Below are positions 38,557 to 46,806 of a stretch of 64,000 nt of DNA, piece by piece. The DNA is from Acidobacteriota bacterium (GTDB lineage: Bacteria; Acidobacteriota; Thermoanaerobaculia; Multivoradales; UBA5704). The stretch covers positions 1 through 64,000 of the forward strand of contig JBDTZG010000022.1 in NCBI GenBank assembly GCA_040005235.1. Reading direction: 5' to 3'. The notes beneath the pieces are model-generated. The model was not told the origin of the DNA. It saw nothing but the letters and a program-made list of their open reading frames with translations, and ran no database searches. Made by a program: the position numbers and the translations under genes. Each line of letters starts with the position of its first letter. Within the stretch, counting starts at the first letter, position 1.

Positions 38557-40758
38557 CTATTGAACGTGCACCAGCGGCGGCTCGGGAGCCTCCGCGGCCT
38601 CCGGGGCTTCGGCCGGCTCGCCGGGTTCGGGCAGTTCGACCACCTCCGGCGCTTCCGGCGCGGGGGCCGGTAGGGCTCGCGGTGCGGTCGTTGGCCGGGC
38701 GGGAGGGGCCGGAGCTGCGACGGGGGCTACGCGGGGCGTCGGCAAAGTAGCGGGTACTCCCGGGATGGGAGCGACCACCGGTACGGGGGCGAACACCGGC
38801 CGCGACGGCCGGGGGGCCCTCAGAATCCGGGGCCGGTTAGCCTGGTCGCGGAGACCTCGCGAATCGCCGCCGAGACTCCGTTCGATGTCCTGCTGGAGGC
38901 GCTCCTGCATCTCCTCCAATTTCTGCTGCATCTCGCGCTGGATCTTCTCGATTTCGCCGCGATGCTGCTCGACGATCCGGCGGGCTTCCCGCTCGTATTC
39001 GCGCGATCGTTCGCGAATCTCTTGCATCTCCTCTTCGCTCGGGCGATGCGCCTCGGCCATCCGCCGGGCATCGTCCGCCATGCGCCGTGCGTCATCGGCC
39101 GAGGGAGCGAGCTCCCGAGCGTGGCGCTGGATCTCGGCGATCTCCTCCGGGCTCGGACGCATGTCCTGGGCGGAGCGGCGAATTTCGGCGGCGATCCTTT
39201 CCCGATCCTCGTGAGAGAGCTTCCGATCCGCGAGCCGTGCCGCTTGGGCGGTGAGGCGTTCGAGCGCCTCGCGGTCGAGAACCGTGCGCGCGACCATCGC
39301 GTCGATCTCGCCTGCGAGCTTGGCCCGATCTTCGGCCGACATCTTGAAGTTGCGGCCGAGTTTCGCCATCTCGCGGTCGAATTCCTTGGAATCCCAGCCC
39401 TTGCCCATGTCGGCGAGCTGAGCCATCTCCTCGGCATGCTGACCCAGCTCGCGCTCCTCGTCTTCGGTGAAGACGGGAGGGACATCCTCTCCGCGCGGGG
39501 ACTCGTGAACGTAGGTCTCCGGCGGCTGCGGCTTCCGGTAGTCGTCACTACGATCGCGGTCATGATCGGCTTTCGCCTTCGCCGCCTTTTCCCGTGCTGC
39601 GACGTGCGGGGTTTTCGGATCGTCCTTGCCTCGGGCCGAAACCGCGGGAGCCACGGCGGCGAAAGCCACGAGGACGAGGCCGCAGGTCGGCAGCGCCCAG
39701 ACCGGCAGGCGACGCGAAGGCCGGATCTCGCCGAGCAGGCGGCGGATGCGCTGGCCGAGGGGCGAGGAGGATTCCGCCATGCTCGGCACCGGCAGGCGCC
39801 GTTCGTGGACCGACCAGCAAGCGACCTCGGCGAGGCAGCGGGCGAGCGAGAGCGGACGGCCGGTGCGGCCGATCGCCCAATCGTCGGCGAGCAGCTCGGA
39901 GAGGTCGTAGAGCTTCCGCCGTGCGAGCCAGACCAGCGGCTGGAAGAAGAACAGGCTGGCCGCCACCTGGGTGAGATTGAGCGCCGCGGGATCGCGCCGG
40001 GCGAGATGCGCCAGCTCGTGGGCGAGGAGGCTTTCGGCCTCCCGCTCGTCGAGGTGCGAGAGGGCGCGTGGGGGCAGGCAGATCTCGGGGCTCGTGAGCC
40101 CAAGGGCGATCGGCACCGACAGACGGTGCGCGCAGGTGAGCCGTACGGCGGAGTCGAAGCCCGCCTCAGCCCGCAGGCGGCGAAGGGTGCGGAAGAGCGT
40201 GCCGTCGATCACTTCGAGTCGGGGACGGAGACGCCGGGAGAGCGCGGCGTGCGCGGCGCCCCACCGGACGAGAAGGGCGGCGGCGGCAAGGCCCCAGGCG
40301 AGTGCGAGCCAGGTCCAAGGGGCGGGGCTCGACGCCGCGGTCGGCGACGGAACGGTCGCCTCGACCAGAGGTCCAGAAGTGGTGGAGAGGGATGCGGTCT
40401 CGGTGGTGCGAAGCGACAGGGTCGTCACGGGAGCGTCGACCGACGGTGCCGGTTCCGATTGGACCGCGGCCGGAGCGGCAGCGAGCGCCGGGCCGGTCGG
40501 GAACGAGAATGCTCCGCCGAGCGGCTGCCAACCCGTGGCGATCTGCATCGTGGCGGTGAGGATCGAGCCGAACAGGGCGGCGCGCCAGATCGTCTGTTCG
40601 CCGAGCGGGTGACGGCCGCGCAGCTGCCGGGAAATACCCCAGGCGAGGCCGAGCAGGATCGTGCTGTGGAGCAGGTAGGTCGCGAGCCAGGAGAGTACGC
40701 CGGTCGAAATCGACGCCAGGGCGGGCGAGCTGAGGAGCGGGGGGGCAAGCGGGTTCAT
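38557..40758 (-). CDS. BlaR1/MecR1-like M56 metallopeptidase signal transducer
   Basis: TMs; P...GL..P.I.LP, LLAHELAH..R.D, FFQPLVW and E..AD motifs; long charged helical C-terminus with Pro-rich tail. Confidence 0.9.
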   Translation of the reverse strand: MNPLAPPLLSSPALASISTGVLSWLATYLLHSTILLGLAWGISRQLRGRHPLGEQTIWRAALFGSILTATMQIATGWQPLGGAFSFPTGPALAAAPAAVQSEPAPSVDAPVTTLSLRTTETASLSTTSGPLVEATVPSPTAASSPAPWTWLALAWGLAAAALLVRWGAAHAALSRRLRPRLEVIDGTLFRTLRRLRAEAGFDSAVRLTCAHRLSVPIALGLTSPEICLPPRALSHLDEREAESLLAHELAHLARRDPAALNLTQVAASLFFFQPLVWLARRKLYDLSELLADDWAIGRTGRPLSLARCLAEVACWSVHERRLPVPSMAESSSPLGQRIRRLLGEIRPSRRLPVWALPTCGLVLVAFAAVAPAVSARGKDDPKTPHVAAREKAAKAKADHDRDRSDDYRKPQPPETYVHESPRGEDVPPVFTEDEERELGQHAEEMAQLADMGKGWDSKEFDREMAKLGRNFKMSAEDRAKLAGEIDAMVARTVLDREALERLTAQAARLADRKLSHEDRERIAAEIRRSAQDMRPSPEEIAEIQRHARELAPSADDARRMADDARRMAEAHRPSEEEMQEIRERSREYEREARRIVEQHRGEIEKIQREMQQKLEEMQERLQQDIERSLGGDSRGLRDQANRPRILRAPRPSRPVFAPVPVVAPIPGVPATLPTPRVAPVAAPAPPARPTTAPRALPAPAPEAPEVVELPEPGEPAEAPEAAEAPEPPLVHVQ

Positions 40759-41144
40759 TTTGGCTCCTCCTCGTTCGCCCGGGCGGCGATCAGGCCTTGC
40801 AGCTCGGAGAGCTCATCGGACGAGATCGGGTGTTCGGACAGGAGATGGTTGACCAACGCGCCGACATCCCCCCGGAACAGCTGCGAGGTGAGACCCGCGA
40901 CCATCGAGCGGCGGACTTCGCCTTCGCTCACCTGCGGAGTGTAGATGAACCGGCGCCCTTCGCTCCGGTGGCCGACGACGCCCTTCTTTTCCAGCTTGGT
41001 CAACATCGTGGCGATCGTCGTCGGGGCGAGTCCGCGCTCGGCTTCGAGCGCTTCGTGGACGTCGGTGACGGTCGCTTCGCCGTGCGCCCACAGCACGCGC
41101 AGGATCGCGAGCTGCAGGTCTCCGAGTTTCTGGGGTGATTCCAT
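40755..41144 (-). CDS. BlaI/MecI/CopY-family repressor
   Basis: L.IL.VLW..GEATV.DV...L......TTIATML.KLEKKG.V......R.F.Y; overlaps the M56 start. Confidence 0.93.
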   Translation of the reverse strand: MESPQKLGDLQLAILRVLWAHGEATVTDVHEALEAERGLAPTTIATMLTKLEKKGVVGHRSEGRRFIYTPQVSEGEVRRSMVAGLTSQLFRGDVGALVNHLLSEHPISSDELSELQGLIAARANEEEPK

Positions 41145-41169
41145 GAATCGATCCTCCTCATTGCCACCA

Positions 41170-41206
41170 ACTACCGGCATAGTACTACTACGGTAGTAGA
41201 TGTCAA
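41170..41206 (-). promoter_or_regulatory. Sigma70 promoter overlapped by two BlaI-type operators
   Basis: TTGACA-16nt-TACTAT on the minus strand; dyads ACTAC-N4-ATAGT (41170-41183) and ACTAC-N4-GTAGT (41184-41197). Confidence 0.8.
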
Positions 41207-41228
41207 TCCCCGTCTCTCGCCGATTAGA

Positions 41229-42401
41229 TTACGTCAGTTCGAGGAACAGGTTCTCCAGGCGTTCGGCGATCGCCTCCCAGCCATAGGCCTCGCTCCGCTC
41301 TCGGGCGCCCCCGGCAAGCCGCTCCCGCTCGGGCTCATCTTCCAAAAGCCGGGCGAGCGCCGCGGCGAGCGCTTGGGGCTCAGGCGCCGTGCAAATTCCT
41401 TCGAGACCTGGGCGCACAAGCTCGGGCAGAGCGCTCTCGGGCGATTCGCAATAGACGACCGGCAGACCAGCGGCCATCGCTTCGAGAGGGAAGAGGCCGA
41501 AACCTTCGCGCGAGGAGGGCTGCACCGCCACTTTCGCCCGGCCCAAGGCGCGCCAGACTTCGGCGTTGGTCGGCAGATGGCCGAGAAACCGGACGCTTTG
41601 AGCGATTCCGAGCGCTTGCGCCTGCTCCTCCAGCCGTTCGCGCTCCGGCCCGGTGCCGAGGATCGCGAGCAGCGGTTCTGAGGAGTCAGACGCCGAGACC
41701 AGAATCTCCACCGCTTCGAGCAATAGATCCACCCGCTTCTCGCGCAGCAGTCGGCCGGCGTAAATCAACGGCGGAGCGGGTTCGGTGCCCGGTTCGACGG
41801 ATTCGGAGGCGGCGGCACGGATCGCCTCGATCGGAATGCCCACCGGGACCACCGGGACCTCTCCCCCTCGGCGGGATTGGACGCGGTCCGCGGCGAGGCG
41901 GCTGTCGGCGATGGCCTTATTGCCCAACGGCACGGCGAGGCGCTCGATCGCGGCGTAGGGAAGCCAGCGGAACGGCCCCAAATACTCCCGCCAGTAGGGT
42001 CCCCAATATTCGTACCAGGTGACGACGAGCGGCTTTCGCGACAACCGGCAGCGGAGCGCGAGAGGAAACAGGTGCACGTAGGGGATGTTCGCAGTCTCCA
42101 CCAAGTCGTAGGGCGAGAGGTCCATCCGCGCGACCTTGGCCGCGAACCGGAGCGCCTGGCCCGTGCTCCGCTTCCCCGCCGCGCCATAGAGCCGGCCGCG
42201 GGGGCCGAGCGGCAGGATCTCCACTCCCGGCGCCGGGGCGTCCTTTCCATCGGCGAAACCGGCGAGCGTCACCTTGTGGCCGCGGGCGGCGAGCGCGCGG
42301 GCCAGCTCGAAATTTCGATGTTCGACCCCACCGACCGAACCGGGGTAGATGCAGTCGTAAAGCAGGAGGATCGAGAGCGAACGTGCGCCGGAGCCGCTCA
42401 T
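41229..42401 (-). CDS. GT4 glycosyltransferase
   Basis: GGVE, YAGRL..EK.VD and EGFGL..LEAMAAG.PVV motifs. Confidence 0.92.
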   Translation of the reverse strand: MSGSGARSLSILLLYDCIYPGSVGGVEHRNFELARALAARGHKVTLAGFADGKDAPAPGVEILPLGPRGRLYGAAGKRSTGQALRFAAKVARMDLSPYDLVETANIPYVHLFPLALRCRLSRKPLVVTWYEYWGPYWREYLGPFRWLPYAAIERLAVPLGNKAIADSRLAADRVQSRRGGEVPVVPVGIPIEAIRAAASESVEPGTEPAPPLIYAGRLLREKRVDLLLEAVEILVSASDSSEPLLAILGTGPERERLEEQAQALGIAQSVRFLGHLPTNAEVWRALGRAKVAVQPSSREGFGLFPLEAMAAGLPVVYCESPESALPELVRPGLEGICTAPEPQALAAALARLLEDEPERERLAGGARERSEAYGWEAIAERLENLFLELT

Positions 42402-43450
42402 GCGCCGGGCTCCGGTGCGCCCTCCTTGGGCGTGGGCTCCTCCGAACCCTCATCAAATCGATCCGCCGATCCGGCGAGCGCCGGGATGCCGCGCCGCTTG
42501 AGCAGGGCGAAACAGACGGCGCCCACGGCGACCTGGCCGGCGAGGCCGAGGGCGTGATGGACCAGGCTGAAGCCAAGCAGGGTGGCCGAACGGGCCGCCG
42601 GGGTCGCACCCGCGACGTAGGGCGCAAACAGCAGCACCTGAAGCGCCTGGGCGGTGCCGAGCCCGGAAGGGGTGATCGGCAGCGCCGCGATCAGCACCAC
42701 GGCGGGCAGGGCGGCGAGCCCGACGCCGAGCGGGATCTCGATTCCCCAGACCCGGAACGAGCCCCAGAGCACGAGCAGCAGCACCGCCACGTGGGGAATC
42801 CGCGCCGCGGTCGCTTTGAGGTGCCCGAGCAACCCGGCGCGGGCGAGCGTGGCGACCGGTTCCTTTTCGATGTAGGTGGCCATCCAACGCCCGAAGCGGG
42901 TGCGCGCGAACAGGCCGCGGGCGGCGAGAGCGGTGAGATAGGTCTTCACGCCGTAGAGCACGATGCCGATCGCGATGGCGGCCCGCGGGTCCGTCCGTTG
43001 AGCGAACGGGTGGGCGACCGCCGCCACCAGGGCGAGGGCGATGGCGTTGGTCGCGAGCAGAAAGAGGACCACCCCTGCGCTCCGCGCGGCTTTGACTCCT
43101 GTTCGCGCAAGGTAGACGCCGAGGCCGCCCTGGCCCACCGCGTAGCTCAGCACGTTCAACAGATAGGTCGAGCCGCGCACCAGGAACAGCTCGCCGAACG
43201 GGCGCTTGACCCCCGCGGCGGAGAGCGTCACGCGGGTCGCCCAGGCGTCGGCGGGGAGCACGGCGACCGCTTCGAACAGGGCGTAGAGAGCGAGCCAGGC
43301 GACCGGGCCGCGGCCGACCGCGGCCAGGACTTCATCGAGCGGAATGCGCCAGAGCAGCAGCGCCAGAACCACCACCGCCGCGAGCCAGGGAAGCCATCGG
43401 AGCCAGCGGATCGAGGTAGAGCGGGGTTTGGCGGTGACGGGCTCGATCAC
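42398..43450 (-). CDS. UPF0104 / LPG-synthase TM (flippase-like) membrane protein
   Basis: Multi-TM; LPITPSGLGT motif. Confidence 0.75.
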   Translation of the reverse strand: MIEPVTAKPRSTSIRWLRWLPWLAAVVVLALLLWRIPLDEVLAAVGRGPVAWLALYALFEAVAVLPADAWATRVTLSAAGVKRPFGELFLVRGSTYLLNVLSYAVGQGGLGVYLARTGVKAARSAGVVLFLLATNAIALALVAAVAHPFAQRTDPRAAIAIGIVLYGVKTYLTALAARGLFARTRFGRWMATYIEKEPVATLARAGLLGHLKATAARIPHVAVLLLVLWGSFRVWGIEIPLGVGLAALPAVVLIAALPITPSGLGTAQALQVLLFAPYVAGATPAARSATLLGFSLVHHALGLAGQVAVGAVCFALLKRRGIPALAGSADRFDEGSEEPTPKEGAPEPGA

Positions 43451-43459
43451 AACCTCGGG

Positions 43460-44608
43460 CTATCTGCGTTGGATCAGCATCAGGCTGACCAGGAAGGAGG
43501 CGAAGATCGCCTGCGCTCCGATCACCATCGAGGTCATGCCGAGGGCGATGCCACGCACCGCCATCAACGGCCCGCGCCCGGCGGTCCACCAGGCGGCGAC
43601 GATCTCGATCTCGGTGCCCAAGCCGATCAGGAAGAGGATCCCGCCCACCAACAGACCTTTTTCGAGCGAGAACCAGCGCGGCAATTTCGCCAGCCATTGG
43701 CCGGGCCGGGCGAAGCCCGCGCCCATCGAAAAGGTCTTCGCGATCACGTCGAACATCACCAGGTTGGTGCCCAGGATCAGCGCCAATGCCCCGAACAGGA
43801 GAACGTGAAAATCCCAAGTGCGGCCAAACAGCTCGCGCGGACCGGCGGCGAGCCAGGCGACCAGAGCGCCGCCGAGCAGCATCAGAACGAACCCGGGGAG
43901 CTGAAACAGGTACGAGGGCGAAAACATCAGCATGAACCGGACGTGCCGCCAGGCGTCGCGCACGCCGTTCAATTTCGATTCGCCGATCCGCGGATGGTAG
44001 GTGATCGGGATTTCCTCGATCGACAGCTGTTCGCGCAGGGCGTTCACGACAAGCTCGGAGGCGAACTCCATGCCGGTGGTGCGCAGGTGCATCTGGTCGT
44101 AGGCCTCCCGGGTAAACGAGCGCATGCCGCAGTGGGAGTCCGAGATGCGGGTCCGGAACAGGAGCTTCAACATTCCCGAGAGGATCGGATTGCCGATCCA
44201 GCGGTGCGTCCAGGGCATCGCGCCGGGGAGTATCTTGCCGCCCAGCCGCGTGCCCATCACCAGGTCCTTGCCCGCCCGGAGCGGCGCGATGAATCGCGCG
44301 ATGTCCAGGAAGTCGTAAGAGTCGTCCGAGTCGCCCATCACCATATAGCGCCCGCGCGCCTCGGCGAAGCCGCGCAGGTAGGCCGAGCCGTACCCCCGCT
44401 GCGACTCGTGGACCACGCGAGCACCGGCCCGCTCCGCAATCTCGGGCGAGCCGTCGGTCGAACCGTTGTCAACCACCACGACCTCGCCCGAAGCCCCCAT
44501 CGCGGCGAGTGCGCGGAGCGCCTTTTCGACACAGATCCCTACCGAACCCGCCTCGTTCAGGCAGGGCATGACGACGGAGATTTCGATCGATTCGACAGGT
44601 GACGACAA
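43460..44608 (-). CDS. GT2 polyprenyl-phosphate glycosyltransferase with C-terminal TMs
   Basis: VVMPCLNE, VDNGSTD, GYG.A, DSDDSY and DSHCGMR motifs. Confidence 0.92.
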   Translation of the reverse strand: MSSPVESIEISVVMPCLNEAGSVGICVEKALRALAAMGASGEVVVVDNGSTDGSPEIAERAGARVVHESQRGYGSAYLRGFAEARGRYMVMGDSDDSYDFLDIARFIAPLRAGKDLVMGTRLGGKILPGAMPWTHRWIGNPILSGMLKLLFRTRISDSHCGMRSFTREAYDQMHLRTTGMEFASELVVNALREQLSIEEIPITYHPRIGESKLNGVRDAWRHVRFMLMFSPSYLFQLPGFVLMLLGGALVAWLAAGPRELFGRTWDFHVLLFGALALILGTNLVMFDVIAKTFSMGAGFARPGQWLAKLPRWFSLEKGLLVGGILFLIGLGTEIEIVAAWWTAGRGPLMAVRGIALGMTSMVIGAQAIFASFLVSLMLIQRR

Positions 44609-44659
44609 GGAGAAAACCTCGAAAGTCGGGTCTTGACGCGGGCGGATGATAACAGGGCT

Positions 44660-45817
44660 CTATCGTTCCAGAAACAGCGCCTCGTACCGTCCGGCGATCG
44701 TGCGCCAGGTGAACCGATCCTCCACCAACGCGCGGGCGCGCCGGCCGGTCTCGTGCAATCGGGCGTCGTCGTGGATCAAAGCCCCGAGCGCCGCGGCGAG
44801 GGCCGCGGCGTCCCTTGGTGGCACCAGAACCCCCGCGCTCCCGGCGTCGATGTCGCGCGCCATGCCGACAACCGGGGTGGTGAGCACCGGCCGGCCGCAA
44901 GCCATGGCTTCGAGGAGGACGAGGCCGAAGCCCTCCTGGCTGCCGTCGGTCGAGGGGAGCGCGAACAGGTGGCAGGCGCGGAAGAATTCGACCAGATCGG
45001 CGTGCGGCACGAAGCCGAGGAAATCGACTTGATCGGCCACCCCCAGCTCCGAGGCGAGCGCGCGGTAGCGGGGCAGCTCTTCGCCCGAGCCGCCGACGCG
45101 CAGCCGGATCGGGTGGCCGTTCAAGGAGTTGGGGCCGGCGTTCTTCAAGATCGCAAGCGCTTGGAGCAGCTCGTCGAGCCCCTTGTAGCGGTGGTGGCGG
45201 TCGAGCAGGGCGAGGAAGCCGACGATCCGCTCGGGACCTGGGGGAAACGGCGCGGGCGAAAACGCTTTGGCGTCCACCCCCCAGGGGATGTGCTCGATCT
45301 TTCGCCGGAACGGCCGCAGATGGGGAGAAAAGGCGCCGTAGCCGGGATTCGAGGTGACGATCCGCGTCGAGCGCCGGAGCAGCCGCGGCAAAAACCACCG
45401 GTTGTAGGCCGCGCCGATCGCTCCTTTGAGCCCCGGCCCCACCAGGTCGTTGTTGTAGGAAAGGATGAGCGGGAGCTTCTTTTCTTCGGCGACTTTGCCC
45501 GCCGCGTCCGCGAACCAGGCGGTCGGCATGTGGGTGTGGATGACGTCCGCCTCTTCGCGGCGGAGCGCGTCGAGAAGGCCCCAGGAGAGGTTGGTGTTGC
45601 CGATTTTTCCCCGGTACGGGAGCCGCACGACCTCGATACCGTCCACCTCGGCCGGTCCGCCGGCCGGCTCGTCGGCGCAGACCACCCGGACTTGATGCCC
45701 TTTCCTGACCAGCTCGCGGCTCAAATGGAGGACGGTGTTTTCAACCCCGCCGACGTAAGGGAAGAACCGGACGACGACCTCCAAAATGCGCAGCGCTCGT
45801 TCGGCCTCACCCCCCAT
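44660..45817 (-). CDS. GT4 glycosyltransferase
   Basis: GGVE, YKGLD.L and EGFGLVLLEAMACG motifs. Confidence 0.92.
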   Translation of the reverse strand: MGGEAERALRILEVVVRFFPYVGGVENTVLHLSRELVRKGHQVRVVCADEPAGGPAEVDGIEVVRLPYRGKIGNTNLSWGLLDALRREEADVIHTHMPTAWFADAAGKVAEEKKLPLILSYNNDLVGPGLKGAIGAAYNRWFLPRLLRRSTRIVTSNPGYGAFSPHLRPFRRKIEHIPWGVDAKAFSPAPFPPGPERIVGFLALLDRHHRYKGLDELLQALAILKNAGPNSLNGHPIRLRVGGSGEELPRYRALASELGVADQVDFLGFVPHADLVEFFRACHLFALPSTDGSQEGFGLVLLEAMACGRPVLTTPVVGMARDIDAGSAGVLVPPRDAAALAAALGALIHDDARLHETGRRARALVEDRFTWRTIAGRYEALFLER

Positions 45818-46679
45818 AGACGACCCAGACGACCGCCAGCCCCCAGAGCGCGATGTTGATCAGGAACGGCGGGTCGCGCAGGATCGCATCGGTCGGGCTT
45901 CGCCGGTCGGCGAGCTGGTACATCAGATAGAGGTAGCGGAAGATCCCGAAGAGCACCAGGGGCACGGTGTAGACCAGGTGCTCCGAGTGGTACTTCTCGA
46001 CCGTCTCCGGCGACACGGCATAGAGCGCGTAGGAGACGACGGTCGAGGCGGTGACCACGTTGATCATCTGATCGAGGAACGCCGGGCTGTACTGGTCGAG
46101 CACCCGCCGCTGCTCGGAGGCGTTTTCCTGCATCAGGATGATCTCGTGGCGGCGCTTGGAAAACGCAAGGAACAGAGCCACGAAGATCGTGCAGAGGAGC
46201 AGCCAGGACGAAACGACGACGGGTACGGCGCGGGCGCCCGCCTCGACGCGAAGGACGAAGCCGAGGGCGATCGACATGACGTCCAGGATCACCATCCGCT
46301 TGAACCAGCCGGTGTAGAGGACGTTGAGCAGAAGGTAAGCGCCGAGGATCCACGAGAACCCGGGTCCCAAAAAGAACCCGATCGCCGCCGCGCCGACCAC
46401 CAGGGCGATCAGGGCTACGACCGCAGCCGGAGCCCCGAGAGCACCCGATGCGAGGGGCCGGTCTTTCTTCAGCGGATGGCGCCGATCCTCCTCCCGGTCG
46501 CGCAGGTCGTTGCCCAGGTAGACCGCGCTCGACGCGAGGCAGAATGCCACCAGGGCGAGCAGGCCGTGCTGAACCGCGAGCGGGTCGCCCAACCGGCGGG
46601 CGAAGACCAAGGGGGCCAAGACGAACGAGTTCTTCGCCCATTGGGCCGGACGGAGGGATTTGATCAAAGGGAGGATCAT
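45807..46679 (-). CDS. UbiA-family polyprenyl-phosphate phosphoribosyltransferase (DPPR-synthase-like)
   Basis: LRP.QW.KN, NDLRD.EEDRRHP.KK.RPLASG, FVLRV.AG, KRR.E and G.FRY motifs. Confidence 0.88.
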   Translation of the reverse strand: MILPLIKSLRPAQWAKNSFVLAPLVFARRLGDPLAVQHGLLALVAFCLASSAVYLGNDLRDREEDRRHPLKKDRPLASGALGAPAAVVALIALVVGAAAIGFFLGPGFSWILGAYLLLNVLYTGWFKRMVILDVMSIALGFVLRVEAGARAVPVVVSSWLLLCTIFVALFLAFSKRRHEIILMQENASEQRRVLDQYSPAFLDQMINVVTASTVVSYALYAVSPETVEKYHSEHLVYTVPLVLFGIFRYLYLMYQLADRRSPTDAILRDPPFLINIALWGLAVVWVVYGG

Positions 46680-46806
46680 GTTCGGGGAGGGCTCCGGGAG
46701 CGAACCCGCATTCTATGGCCCGGAGCATGGCTCGAACCAGGCGATCGAGCTATTCTCCCGCGGCAGCCCTTCCGTCAGGGATTCAGCCACGAAACGAGAG
46801 CCGCCC

